64,000 nucleotides of DNA from Octopus vulgaris (GCA_951406725.2 OX597839.1:8618001-8682000); one strand, 5' to 3'. Positions 12,600 to 27,779 are shown, counted from the stretch's first letter. The notes: generated by a model not told the origin, from the letters alone. Translations and numbers: made by a program.

Positions 12600-13170
12600 A
12601 GGCCAATGCTGAAACCTCTACGTGGACGTCAGTCTACAAGGAAAATCAGCCAAATCTCCCTCAAACGATATTTTAACGGTTAGACCCAGAAAGTACAGCG
12701 TGGTCAGGGCGGGGACATAATTTGAACACGAGTTTGTTTAGTTAATTCTGATCTAGGGGCCATAATGTAAACATAACAACAACAGTATTGCCTGTGTTTC
12801 ATTAACACCGCTGCTGCCCCATGACGACAAACAAGATAGTGGAGCTGCAAATAAATTGTCTAGAAAATAGAAATAAAGAAAAGACGGGATGGTCACGGCT
12901 GAAATATTCTTTAGATCTCGGTTCTGCTCGTTCAGAGTTGACCTGGGGCTAAGTAAGAAAAAAAAACCCCCAGCAGAAATAATAACAAAGCTTAATGTCC
13001 ATGTTTTAATAACAAACAGCGCATCTGAGAAACGACGATTGACCTAAGACGACGTAACAGCTAACTTATGCCTAAATATACTGTGCGTAAAAATAATAAA
13101 ACATGGGATGGCCATGGTTAGAATGCCTTTGATCATAGGTTTGCTTAATCAGGGCTGAACTACGTCTAAA
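12600..13170 (+). mobile_element. Cluster of family E repeat fragments
   Basis: Three successive degenerate GG(G)ATGGTCA.GG.TGGAAT...GGGCTAAAC-like tails. Confidence 0.6.
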
Positions 13171-13732
13171 CATCATTAGCAAAAACTAAAGAAAAAGACT
13201 ATTAAAAAGAGTATGTTTTTGTTGAAATACTGTCTAGTGAAGAGAATCTTAAAAAATGAAAGGCGAAATATAGAATTCAAAGACTTCGTTCTTTCTCGTT
13301 TCTTTATCGCCAATTTCTTCACCGTTTTCAGTTCTGCTATTCGTTTATTTATTTTTATTTATTATTTTTTAAATATTTTCTGCAATATCTATGAAAATTT
13401 GTCATTCAGGGGTTTAAAAGTTTAATCTTATTTTTACATAATGGCCCACGCCGAAAAAAAAAATGGCTAATTTTTCGTTTAAATTACGTAAAATTCCAAT
13501 TTTTATTTTATTTTTCTGTTTGTTTTTTTATTATAAATCGCGAAAACATTTTCCATTCTTTACATGCTTGTTGTTCTTCTGATTATCATTATTATTATTA
13601 TCATCATTATCATTATTGTTATCATTATTATTATTATTATTATTATTACTACTACTACTACATTGATATATATATTGTTTTATGTTCCATAACTTTTATA
13701 AAAATTAGTTTTTCAGAGTAATCCTGATTTTT

Positions 13733-13772
13733 GATATATATATATACATACATATATATATATATATATATA

Positions 13773-13851
<79 letters not shown>

Positions 13852-13878
13852 TACATACATATATACATACATATATAC

Positions 13879-13911
<33 letters not shown>

Positions 13912-14014
13912 CATATATACATATATATATACATATATATATATACATATATATATATACATATATACATATATATATATACATACATATACATACATAT
14001 ATATACATACATAC

Positions 14015-14057
<43 letters not shown>

Positions 14058-14070
14058 TATATATATTGAT
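13733..14070. repeat. (TA)n/(TATAC) degenerate microsatellite
   Basis: Read directly. Confidence 0.95.
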
Positions 14071-14297
14071 ATATATTTCACATAATGGAACTAAATATCT
14101 TACAGTGCCTTTCTTTTTCTTTTTAATTTAAGTGACGCGGCAGAAAAAAATACTTCTGGTATAGCAGAGCCAACAACACCAAAAACGACGACAACGACGA
14201 CGACGATGATTATGACGGCCATACTTTCGAACGCTTCATTTTTATTTTTTTTTTCCTTAATTTTTATAAAAATAAAAAAATAATACTTAATAAAACC

Positions 14298-14478
<181 letters not shown>

Positions 14479-15509
14479 CGTTCCGTTTTATCCTACATTG
14501 CTTGTTGCTGGTATTGTTTTGTTGTGTTGTTTTTTTAAATTTTCATTTTCTTTTGTCTTTCTTTTATTCTCCTCCACTTAGGAGTTTTACGTTTTCTATT
14601 AACTTTACGTTTACTTTTCTGTTTGCATGTTTAGTTTTTTGTTTTTCTTTGTTGAATTTGATTTCTATTTTTATGAAACATTTATGAAATTTTACGACAC
14701 GTTTTTTGGGGGTTTTTTTTTTTTTCTTAACAAGATTCTCTTCGTATTTTAGTTTTGATTTTGTCTTTTGATATTTTTTTTTTTTTTTCAAACTTTGCAA
14801 ACATTTAAGCATTTGATTTGGGGGGGTTTTATCTCGTGTTTTTTGTTTATTTTTAGTTGGTCTTTATGAGGCGGGGGGAGGGTGCATTACATAAAAACAT
14901 AAAATAATGGTTATTGTTTCTGTTCTTTATATTCTCCGTCTCTTACGTAATAGCCAATATTTTGCCGAAAAACACTATCAAAAACATTGCCAGTGCCATA
15001 TATTATTATTATCATTATTATTATTATTATCATTATTATTATTATCATTATTATCATTATTATTATTATTATTATTATTACAAACATCAGTAGCAAACAA
15101 GAAAAGCGACGGCAGCCAAAAACTTCATAGCACGTGGAGTATGTCCGTCACCATCATCATCGCCAACCACAGCGACGCCATCACTAACACCACAATGGCC
15201 AACAAGCACCATTATAATACCAGTAATACTTCACCAAAGCCACTATCGCCAACTACACAACATTACAACCATCATCATCAGTATCGGTGGTACTTCTACC
15301 AACGACACCATTACTACAAATATATCCAACATTTATCGTCGCCATCAACCGCCATCAGCACCTCCGCCGCCATCAGCAACGCCATTACTGTTATTATCCC
15401 CCCATCCACCTCGACTGTCACCCACCAATCACCATCACCATCACCACCAACTTCCATCATAACCGTCAATATCAACCACCATCACCCTCAGCATCACCAC
15501 CACCACCAC

Positions 15510-16820
15510 TATCACTGTAATCATCTCCAATACCACCACAACCACTACCATCATCATCATTATCATCATCACCAACGTCACCACCATCGTTGCAATCCCC
15601 ATCTCCAATACCACCACAACCACTACCATCATCATCATTATCATCATCACCAACGCCACCACCATCACTGCAATCCCCATCTCCAATACCACCACAACCA
15701 CTACCATCATCATCACCAACGCCACCACCATCACTGCAATCCCCATCTCCAATACCACCACAACCACTACCATCATCATCACCAACGCCACCACCATCGC
15801 TGCAATCCCCATCTCCAATACCACCACAACCACTACCATCATCATCATTATCATCATCACCAACGCCACCACCATCACTGCAATCATCTCCAATACCACC
15901 ACAACCACTACCATCATCATCATCATCATCATCACCAACGCCACCACCATCACTGCAATCCCCATCTCCAATACCACCACAACCACTACCATCATCATCA
16001 TCATCATCATCACCAACGTCACCACCATCGTTGCAATCCCCATCTCCAATACCACCACAACCACTACCATCATCATCATTATCATCATCACCAACGCCAC
16101 CACCATCACTGCAATCCCCATCTCCAATACCACCACAACCATTACCATCATCATCATTATCATCATCACCAACGCCACCACCACCATCATCATCATCATC
16201 ATCATCATCATCACCAACGCCACCACCATCACTGCAATCCCCATCTCCAATACCACCACAACCACTACCATCATCATCATTATCATCATCACCAACGCCA
16301 CCACCATCACTGCAATCATCTCCAATACCACCACAACCACTACCATCATCATCATCATCATCATCATCATCACCAACGTCACCACCATCGCTGCAATCCC
16401 CATCTCCAATACCACCACAACCACTACCATCATCATCATTATCATCATCACCAACGCCACCACCATCATCATCATCATTATCATCATCACCAACGTCACA
16501 ACCATCACTGCAATCCCCATCTCCAATACCACCACAACCACTACCATCATCATCATCATCATCATCACCAACGCCACTACCATCATCATCATCATCATCA
16601 CCACCAACGCCACCACCATCGCTGCAATCCCCATCTCCAATACCACCACAACCACTACCATCATCATCATCATCATCATCACCAACGCCACTACCATCAT
16701 CATCATCATCATCACCACCAACGCCACCACCATCGCTGCAATCCCCATCTCCAATACCACCACAACCACTACCCTCATCATCATCATCATCTTCCTCACC
16801 AGCTTCACCGCAACCATCAC
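15510..16820. repeat. Minisatellite, about 15 units, basic unit 78 bp with 66-bp and longer variants
   Basis: Unit TGCAATCCCCATCTCCAATACCACCACAACCACTACCATCATCATCATTATCATCATCACCAACGCCACCACCATCAC; length variants differ by multiples of 3. Confidence 0.93.
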
Positions 16821-16914
16821 TCTCCATTATCTTTCTTAGCAAAGCCATTACCACCACCACCAGCAACAACAACACCACCAGCAACACCACCACCACCACT
16901 ACCGCCGCCATCAC

Positions 16915-17147
16915 TTATTGCTGATATTTTTAATATTCCACTACGCATGATTCGCCAGCAAGTAAGAAATCTTAATGTGATCATTATGTAAGTGTACCCA
17001 TAATCCTCAATGGATGACGGCTCACCTAAATTCTCTTTCGGGAGTTTTTCATGTTGATGTTGTTTCCGGATATTTGTTAGCATTGTTGGTATTATTGCTG
17101 ATATTTTTAATATTCCACTACGCATGATTCGTCAGCAAGTAAGAAAT
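16915..17147. repeat. About 54-bp direct repeat, 177 bp apart (possible Penelope-type terminal duplication)
   Basis: TTATTGCTGATATTTTTAATATTCCACTACGCATGATTCG(C/T)CAGCAAGTAAGAAAT occurs at about 16915 and about 17092. Confidence 0.75.
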
Positions 17148-17176
17148 TGTGTTTGAGTAATCGTATATGAGCTCTT

Positions 17177-17332
17177 GAGCGCCGTTTGTATTTATATATA
17201 TATATACATATATGTATAAGTCAATCTTCTTTATATGTATATATATATATGTAGAGCGCCGTTTGTAGGAGTTTATATATATATATACATATATATATAA
17301 GTCAATCTTCTTTATATGTATATATATATGTG
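17177..17332. repeat. About 78-bp tandem duplication
   Basis: GAGCGCCGTTTGTA...TAAGTCAATCTTCTTTATATGTATATATATATGT occurs twice. Confidence 0.85.
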
Positions 17333-17448
17333 TGTGTGTATATATATATATGTATGTGTGTGTATATATATATATGTATGTATGTGTGTGTATATATATA
17401 TATGTATGTATGTGTGTGTATATATATATATGTATGTGTGTGTTATAT

Positions 17449-17510
<62 letters not shown>

Positions 17511-17645
17511 AGATAGACTCTCATAAATGTTTGAATATCCTTTTCATAGTGAGTTAATGTTTTACTCTTTTATATATATCCAAAGGCATATATTCTGAGC
17601 GCACGTCTGCTTATGCGTTAGTATATGTGCGTAGTATGTATATAA

Positions 17646-17685
<40 letters not shown>

Positions 17686-18030
17686 CACATCCAAATACAT
17701 ATATGCATACACAAATATACATGCATATAGATATGTGTGTATGTGTGTGTAAATATATATATGTATGTATGTATATGTTTTGTTTATAGATATTTCATTA
17801 TTATGTTCAGTTCTGCTTTCATTATGGTCACTAGCATCATCATTGTCGTTATCGTAGTCATCGCTGATGTTTACACAATCTGTACGGTGTTTAAATTGTT
17901 CTAAATGATGTGCTTTTGTTACGAGTGATCATCTTCGTTGCTGCTGTGTATGTTCTTCTTTACTGTTATGTTAGCAGTCTTAATATCACTGGGTGCTTTT
18001 CACTGCCTAATCGACCACTCCCTGTTCTCC

Positions 18031-18066
<36 letters not shown>

Positions 18067-18324
18067 AAGGGTAGTTCTCTTTTGTGTTTAAATGTACACT
18101 GTTTTATATTGAGAATATGTTGTCTATTGACTGGTGGGGAAAATTTCTAAAAATATTCGTCATCGTATATATTTTACGAAGATGATTTTAGCATTTCGAA
18201 GATCGGTTCGATATCTTTCATATACTGCTGACTGAAACTGCGCTTGCGCGGTGAATTTAGAAAAATTATAACATATAATGAAGAGACACATGTTATTTGT
18301 CTGTATTTTTTTTTTTTTTTTTTT

Positions 18325-18532
18325 TGTTTTTCCAGTTTCAGCTCTTGAGCTGTGGCCATGCTGGGGCACCGCCATTGTGGTGAAAGAGTACAGCAGGATC
18401 ACCACCCTCTGCCGGAGCCTCGTAGAGCTTTTAGGTGTTTTCGCTCAATAAACACACACAACGCCCGGTCTGAGAATCGAAACCGCGATCCTGCGACCGC
18501 GAGTCCGCTGCCCTAACCACTAGGCCATTGCG
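18325..18532 (-). mobile_element. SINE family C head joined to an A-type tail
   Basis: 18395-18532 closely matches 25030-25167; 18335-18372 is the GGCGGTGCCCCAGCATGGCC stem-loop tail. Confidence 0.75.
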
Positions 18533-18687
18533 TTAATTGTTAAGGCACGGTTACTGATGAGGATTCGTCTAGCAAATTATTTTATTTGCTGAAGAAATCT
18601 GAAACCTAGATACTGAAATGTTTTTATAAAATTATTTTAACATTTTCTGTCTTGACTTTTTTTTCCATATATATATGCATGCGAGCG

Positions 18688-18825
18688 CAGGGGTAGACAA
18701 GGCGGAAAAAATAGTATTCGAATACTAAAGTTCTAAAGGTAGTGAAAAATACGGTGCTTTATTGAAGCTTAGATATTTTGTAAATTGTTACTCCAAGTTT
18801 CACGTAAGTGATCATCAAATAAAAG
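18688..18825 (-). mobile_element. Penelope-type terminal repeat with degenerate minimal hammerhead
   Basis: Homologous to 56820-56965; minus strand reads TTGATGA...GAAACTTGGAGTAACAA at 18785-18822. Confidence 0.6.
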
Positions 18826-18942
18826 TGAAGTTTTAGAACAATGGTTTATAAATGGCTTTAAATGATGCAAGCAAGAATAGTTGACAAATAATTAAAGCGA
18901 ACATTTGAAGCTGATTTCAGTCAAAATATTATAAACATTTAT

Positions 18943-19135
18943 AGGCACAGGCATGGCTGTGTGGTAAGAAGCTTCCTTCTCAACCACATGGTTCCGGGTT
19001 CAATCCCACTACACGGCACTTTGAGCAAGTGTCTTCTACTATAGCCTCGGGACAACCAAAGCCTTGTGAGCGGATTTGGTGGACGGAAACTGAAAGAGGT
19101 CTGTCATATATATATATATATATATATATATGTAT

Positions 19136-19200
<65 letters not shown>
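18943..19200 (+). mobile_element. SINE family A 5' half, ending in its internal microsatellite
   Basis: Head and CORE match 2823. Confidence 0.85.
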
Positions 19201-19202
<2 letters not shown>

Positions 19203-20777
19203 CAGAAAACTGAGGGCGAATACGAGAAGGCATACATTAGATAAAAAAAATAGGCTGAGAGAGATCTAGTGTTGAGGTTGAGAAATGAAACAATCGTTGA
19301 TACGCTTGTTACTTGTTGTGAGGAAAGAAAGCAAAAGAACAGAGACACAAAATAAATGGTCGAAATTAAGGGATGGAATATGATTAAAAAATCTGAGAAC
19401 ATGAAAGAGTACATAAAAAGTGCATTGAAACGAAGAATTCAAAGAACCCAAAACGGGAGCAAAAATTAAAAACTTAATAGATTTTTAGTAAAAATCATAA
19501 GCAAAACCTATGTCATTATCAATGGAGAGGTATGTAAAACTAAGAATGAAATGCGACAGTCAAGAGTAATCATGAATAAAAGAAAAATCAGGGAAGTATC
19601 TAGTATATTCCAAATACTGATGATAACGGTAACAATTGGTGGTAGAGAGAAATGTCTACGCAGATCAGTCGATGGAAGAGGCGTCAGAATCAAGTATTTT
19701 GAAGAGAGTGTCCGTAACGGTTTAATAATTCAAATATTAGGTCTAAAGCTGATTTGTTTTGAAATTGGGTAAACTACTTTTCAGGAGTTTACGACGGGTA
19801 TCTAATGAAATATCGATAAAAGACATGTCCGTGTGGTCATACATTTGCTAAAGCCGATCTGCAAATTTTGAAAGGAGCGAAACCAGATTCATTTAATAAC
19901 TATATTCAACGGTGGTGCCCCAGCATGGCCGCAGCCTTCGGGCTGAAACATTTTAAAGGATTTAACCATATGTATTTGGATAAACTCTTTGAAGAACTAT
20001 TTTTCCAGATACTCAAGTGAATTTGGCCAAGGGTGAGATTTGTATGTAGGGCTGTTATCTATTTGGTTGTTAGCCATATACACTATAGCTTTAGTCAAGA
20101 TATGCCCATTAAGTGCGACGTTGCTGGGATCTACACAATTATATTTAGATGATGTTCATTTCTATTGACATTGAAGATTTTGTTCACTTCATATTCGATT
20201 ATCGACAAGACGAAGTTATTTTAACAATATTAGTAAGCCTTCAGGGTGCTTCTACTGGGAATTCCATAATTCCTATACTCCCAGGGAAAATGTCTAGACA
20301 CTAAGTTCAAGAATTCACTCGCTACATTTGTCTCTATATTCATAGTCAATGTCAGACTGCACTGCAAAACCCTTCTGGTCCAACTTCTGCGATATCTACC
20401 GGGGATATTTTCAGTGCCCTGGTAATGGATCTGCTTTAGGGTGTCTTTGTCAGAAGGTGAGGTTGCATTGAAAGCCGCCTCATCCAACGACTACGAAGAG
20501 ATTAGCTAACTTATATCATGAACAATATTCCGAAAGATTATATGCGAATGGTTGGAATTTTCGTTCACACAGAATCGCCTTTCATTAGGCTTATGATAAG
20601 GCCTAAAACTGCTAGTTTCTAGTGCTAAAGTAGCATCTAAGAAATTGATACTACTAAGATTCGTATGATAAGTGATGTTTAAATTCATCCAGTGGAAGAA
20701 TGTAATGAGATATTTCCTAAATCTGTCTAAACCCGTACTCCGTTCATATTATGGTTAATAATAAACCCTTTCGCTTT
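19200..20777 (-). mobile_element. Decayed Penelope-like element (RT C-terminus, linker, GIY-YIG remnant, 3' region)
   Basis: Fragments LDRFRKYLITFFHWMNLNITYHTNLSSINFLDATL...FRPYHKPN...SNHSHIIF, ETNVASEFLNLVSRHFP and NCVDPSNVALNGHILTKAIVY follow the PLE pattern (INFLD, PYRKPN, SNHP, FL.L...HFP, CPLNG.CL..IVY); many stops and frameshifts. Confidence 0.8.
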
Positions 20778-21186
20778 CCAGCCTCTTATCAGATATTAGC
20801 ATCATAATCATGTTACCACTATGGCTACTATAATCATCACAGCCGCTAGCGTCATTGCTATCATACCACCACAACCGCCGCCATTCCTGCCAATGGTTCC
20901 CTACACCAATACGTAACGTTTCTTTTTATTCAGTTTAATTTAACTTGTTAGTAATATTCGTTTTTGGTTTTCCTTCGACGGTCAATTCAATCGATTCCAT
21001 TAATTATCGAATCACCTTCAAATGTTTATTTGATCATGTGCAATTATTCCTCATTGCACCATTTAAAATAATTATCAGGTGATCGGTGACGTGAAACTCA
21101 GAATCAAAGGTGCAATTCTTCGCGGAGATTGAGCAGTAGTCTTTGCATTTGCGAAGTTCTACATCTTCAGTAAAACAATTCACATT

Positions 21187-21510
21187 GGCGCGTGGCTCAG
21201 TGGTTAGGGTAATCAGCTCACGATCTTACGATTGTGAATTCGTTTCTCGACGGCGCGTTATGACCTTGAGCAAGACATTTCATTTCATGTTACTCCAGTC
21301 TTCTCAGCTGGCAAAAATGAGTTGCACCTGTTATTCAAAGGGGCCAGCCTTATCACATTGTGTGTCGCGCTGAATCTCCAAAGAACCACGTTAGGCATAC
21401 GCGTATCTGTGGAGTGCTCAGCCACTAGCCCGTTAATTTCACGAGCAGGTCGTTCTATTGATTGAATGAACTGGAACCTTCGTCGTCGTAACCGACGGAG
21501 TGCCAGGAGA
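21187..21510 (+). mobile_element. tRNA-derived SINE, family C-type head with a different 3' half
   Basis: Head GGCGCGTGGCTCAGTGGTTAGGG and CORE motif TGACCTTGAGCAAGACATTT. Confidence 0.8.
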
Positions 21511-21542
21511 GAGCAATCTACATACACATACAAATGTGGAAA

Positions 21543-21941
21543 TCTTTATATATAAAAGTGAGGTTGTGTGCTGTCTGTCTCCTACGATTTAGATTCCTAA
21601 CTACTCCCACATTTTGCGGTGCAGTGTAACCAAAACCGGGTATCTTATAGTCGTGATTCATATCGAGCCCTTCAGGGTATTAGCGCGCGTCTACGATGAG
21701 TCTACGATTTAAAAAAAAATTACCATAATTTTTTTCCATTTTAATGCATTTTTTCGCTATTATATAAGGGAAGTAACTCTCTAAAAATGTCTACGATGAG
21801 TCAACGATTTTTAAAAAATATTACCATCATTTTTTTTCCATATTTAATGCATTTTTTTGCTATTTTTGGCTATAATTCTCTAAAAATGCTTATATAGTTA
21901 TTTCCCTTACAAACCCGAGCAACGCCGGGCGATACTGCTAG
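21543..21941 (+). mobile_element. Non-autonomous Helitron, 399 bp
   Basis: 5' A|TCTTTATATATAAAAG; 3' hairpin CCCGAGCAACGCCGGG then CTAG|T; inserted between A and T with no TSD; internal ~100-bp tandem duplication at 21689-21888. Confidence 0.9.
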
Positions 21942-22061
21942 TATTATATAAATGTATGTATATGGTCTTCCTTGTACCACACTACTGAACCTCCAACCTT
22001 CTCAACTGAATTCGGTATCGCGTGTGTATATATATTTCTTTCTCCCCCTTGTGTGTGTGTG

Positions 22062-22210
22062 AGGGTACGTGGCCGAGTAGTTACTTTGTTACCCTCACGA
22101 TCGCCGGATCATGGGTTCGATTCCCAGAGCGGGCGGTGCGTTATATTCTTGAGCAAAATACTTCATTTCACGTTGCTACAGCCCTCCTTTCGATCATATA
22201 TATATGTGGC

Positions 22211-22241
<31 letters not shown>

Positions 22242-22666
22242 CCTCTCTACACCTATTTCTTTACTACCCATAAGGGGCTAAACATAGAGGGGAGAAACAA
22301 GGACAGACAAACGGATTAAGTCGATTATAACGACCCCAGTGCGTAACTGGTACTCAATTTATCGACCCTGAAAGGATGAAAGGCAAAGTCGCCCTCAGCG
22401 AAATTTGAACTCAGAACGTTGCGACAGACGAAATACTGCTAAGCATTTCACCCGGCATGCTAACGTTTCTGCCAGCTCACCGCCTACACCACTTGACAAC
22501 CGATGCTTATGTAGTTTACGTCCTAGTAACTTAACGGTTCGGCAAAAGACACTGATAGAATAAGTATCAAGCTTAACAAAAGAATAAGTATCGGGGTTGA
22601 TTCATTCGACTAAAGCTTCTCTTAGGCGGTGCTCCAGCATGGCCACAGTGTAATGACTGAAACAGG
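22062..22666 (+). mobile_element. SINE C head plus SINE A 3' half, interrupted by a SINE B1
   Basis: C-type head at 22062-22190; A-type tail at 22490-22666. Confidence 0.7.
22254..22484 (-). mobile_element. SINE family B (B1), full length
   Basis: Consensus match; TSD CTACACC. Confidence 0.92.
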
Positions 22667-22889
22667 GTGAAAGACACGCGCATGCGCATGCGCACGCACG
22701 CACACACAGACAGGCAGAGCCGTTGATTCTGTCCGCTGCTACTCAGAGTTCTCTTTCCCATGTGATCGTTCACCTTGACATTTACTTGGCGGAAAACTCC
22801 AAGGAACAACGGAGTGAATCAACAGCTGCCTCTGATGAATATAAACTCTTGCAGCCTTTATTGAGTACTTTTTTTCATTTTATTTGCAG

Positions 22890-22925
22890 CACCACCGCCC
22901 AAAAGAGAAACATGCATATTAATAC
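22890..22925 (+). CDS. Candidate 36-nt frame-preserving microexon
   Basis: Acceptor TTTTTTCATTTTATTTGCAG and donor AC|GTACGT; phase-1 reading xPPPKRETCILIx. Splice-signal evidence only. Confidence 0.2.
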
Positions 22926-23059
22926 GTACGTACATGGAAACGTACGTACAGTACCTGCGTGCATATAGACATACATGCACACTCCCGCTTACACACGCAT
23001 AGTCTTACCATACTAACTCATTTTCCCTATTTCCTTTTCCTCCATTATTCCTTCCCCCT

Positions 23060-23091
<32 letters not shown>

Positions 23092-23421
23092 TGTGTGTGA
23101 AATCATCTTTATGTGTGTAGATATATGTGTGTACATTTTTAGTACTCACATCTATGTGTTTGCTGTCTGTTGTACGTACGCTTTTGCCTTTCTCTCACAT
23201 CCCTCCCGGACCACCTCCCGCTCTCTCTCTCTCTCTCCCTTCCGTATCGTCCATGAAGGAAGCGGTGTGTTATGAACCGTTACTAAATTATCCTTTCATG
23301 GCATGAGCATGCGCAGTATTTCATTATTAAGTTAATGCAAAAGGTGTCGAGACAGACCGATGGTGATTGGCAGCAGGTGGGAATGAGTGGGGTGGGGAGG
23401 AGAAAGGGAACGATATGGGTA

Positions 23422-23452
<31 letters not shown>

Positions 23453-23569
23453 GTAAATGTTTGTGTGTGTTTGTATACACACAAGCATACATAAATACAA
23501 AAGTGTATATAAATATATGCATATGCTTGACATACATACATATATTTCCACGTATATGCATACACTTAA

Positions 23570-23571
23570 AT

Positions 23572-23614
<43 letters not shown>

Positions 23615-23655
23615 ACATGTGTGTATATATATATATATATATGTATACATGTGTG

Positions 23656-23711
<56 letters not shown>

Positions 23712-23724
23712 ACATGTGTGTGTA

Positions 23725-23823
<99 letters not shown>

Positions 23824-23891
23824 GTATATATATATATATGTATGTATATATATATATATATATATTATATTATATTGTTTTTTTTTTTTTT

Positions 23892-23967
<76 letters not shown>

Positions 23968-23997
23968 ATATATATATATATATACATGTATACATAT

Positions 23998-24039
<42 letters not shown>

Positions 24040-24040
24040 T
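23570..24040. repeat. (TA)n-rich degenerate microsatellite
   Basis: Read directly. Confidence 0.95.
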
Positions 24041-24844
24041 GTTATGTTTTAAGTTTATAATTCTTTGTTGGGAGGTGATAGGACGGGGTGGAACATGAAT
24101 TTTTATATTTGTTTTGCTGTTTTGTTGGATTTTTCTTGTTTATCTTCCTTTTCTTTTTCATTTTTTTTTTTTTCTATTTTTCATCACACACCATTTAGCT
24201 ATGGTGGATTAAGTATTGTTTAATAATGAAAAGATACACCGAACACAACAACAACAAAAAACAATAACAAAGGCACAGTTTTTTAAAGAAAAGAAAAAAA
24301 AAAGCAATATATGAAAAACGGAAAACTAAGGATACAGAGTTAGCAACATGAATCATTTATCGTTAGTTTCGTATTAAACAATAACTAATGCAAAAACCGG
24401 AAAGACGAAATGCAAGAAGTAAAATAATAAACAACAGAATAAAAACAGAAAAGATAGTATTACAATGGAAAATTCTAGAAAATAAAAGAAAAAGGAACAA
24501 AGAAGAAATACAGAGGAAATGGTAACAAAAAACATAAGATGGGGTGTGGTTTGGATAAGGAAAAGGATTATCTTTAGGGAGTTTCTTATCTGACAGATTT
24601 CGGTTGCATTTAATTATATCAGTTCCTGCAGTAGTAATAGTAGTAGTAGTTGTTGCTGGAACCAAAATCTTGGAAGCCACCAAAAGAGAAAAGAATGAAA
24701 TCAAATGAGAGAAGAGAAAGGGTCAACAAAAAAACCTCGTTTTCCATTAATATTACCATATTGTCAATGCCATTCGTCTACAGAGTCATCAATTGCTCTA
24801 CAGAGTCATTTAATGGCCATCACCATAAAGGAAGCATTTTATTT

Positions 24845-25172
24845 TTTATTTATTTATTTATTTATGCGCCCTTTTTCAAGCCTAACCAGGCTCGTGGGCC
24901 CGGTTTCCCGGTTTCTGTGGCGTATGTGTTCCCCTCCCCCCAGCTGCACGGGACGCCAGTCCGTCGCAGCGTTACTCAAGAAACAGGAAGAAAGAGTGAG
25001 AGAAAGTTGTGGCGAAAGAGTACAACAGGGGTCACCACCACCCCCTGCCAGAGCATCGTGGAGCTTTAGGCGTTTTCGCTCAATAAACACACACAACGCC
25101 CGGTCTGAGAATCGAAACAGCGATCCTCCGAGCGCGAGTCCGCTGCCCTAACCACTGGGCCATTGCGCCTCC
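24845..25172 (-). mobile_element. tRNA-derived SINE family C, full length
   Basis: Head GGAGGCGCAATGGCCCAGTGGTTAGGG (A box), GTTTCGATTCT (B-box-like), GTAACGCTGCGACGGACTGGCGTCCCGT domain and (AAAT)n tail. Confidence 0.85.
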
Positions 25173-25250
25173 ACAACGGAAGAATTAGAAAAGACAAAAC
25201 GAAATTTTCGAGTACAAGATAAAACTTAAGGCGATGTTGTTGCTTAGTCC

Positions 25251-27136
<1,886 letters not shown>

Positions 27137-27486
27137 CAAAGTGTTTCCGGTCATAACTTGACCGACATCTTTTGTTTAAGTCTAGTACTACATCATTCAA
27201 TGTTTTCTTTGCCGTTCTTGTTGGTCCTGTTATTGTCGTTATTATTCTCATTGTTGTTGTTGTTGCTTTATCACTTACTCAGCGGGAACGGAGGACTCCG
27301 TTGTAGTTTCAACATGCAGTGTTACACAGTCTATGCATGATATATTGACTCATAAATAGGCGAGCAGACAGAGCTACGAGAGGCCAGCGGTTAGCCGAAT
27401 AACAAGATGCACTGTGGAGGTTCGTAGCGAGAGATATACGACACATCTGTCCAGCTCAGGAAAACGCTATACGTTCTGATGTCTCT

Positions 27487-27717
27487 GGCGGCGAGCTGGC
27501 AGAACCGTTAGCACGCCGGGCGAAATGCGTAGCCGTATTTCGTCTGCCTTTACGTTCTGAGTTCAAATTCCACCGAGGTCGACTTTGCCTTTCATCCTTT
27601 CGGGGTCGATAAATTAAGTACCAGTTACGCACTGGGGTCGATGTAATCGACTTACTCCGTTTGTCTGTCCTTGTTTGTCCCCTCTATGTTTAGCCCCTTG
27701 TGGATAATAAAGAAACA
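27487..27717 (+). mobile_element. SINE family B (B1), full length
   Basis: Consensus match. Confidence 0.92.
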
Positions 27718-27779
27718 GATATCCTGCAGGCTTAGTCTCCCTGAGTGCCGTGTTGTAGGATGGACATGTATTTTGTTCT

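Noticed and set aside
15510-16820. Repeat-spacer-like periodicity suggesting CRISPR
   Set aside because: No unique spacers and no cas genes; eukaryotic minisatellite.
24363-24704. 113-aa hydrophobic minus-strand ORF
   Set aside because: Hydrophobicity follows from T-rich composition; non-ATG start and no recognisable family.
24845-25172. tRNA-like sequences with A/B boxes, also in the A, B and other C heads
   Set aside because: They continue into SINE bodies; no complete cloverleaf or terminator.
27319-27445. TG...CA bounded segment resembling a small solo LTR
   Set aside because: No TSD, no second copy, too short to support.
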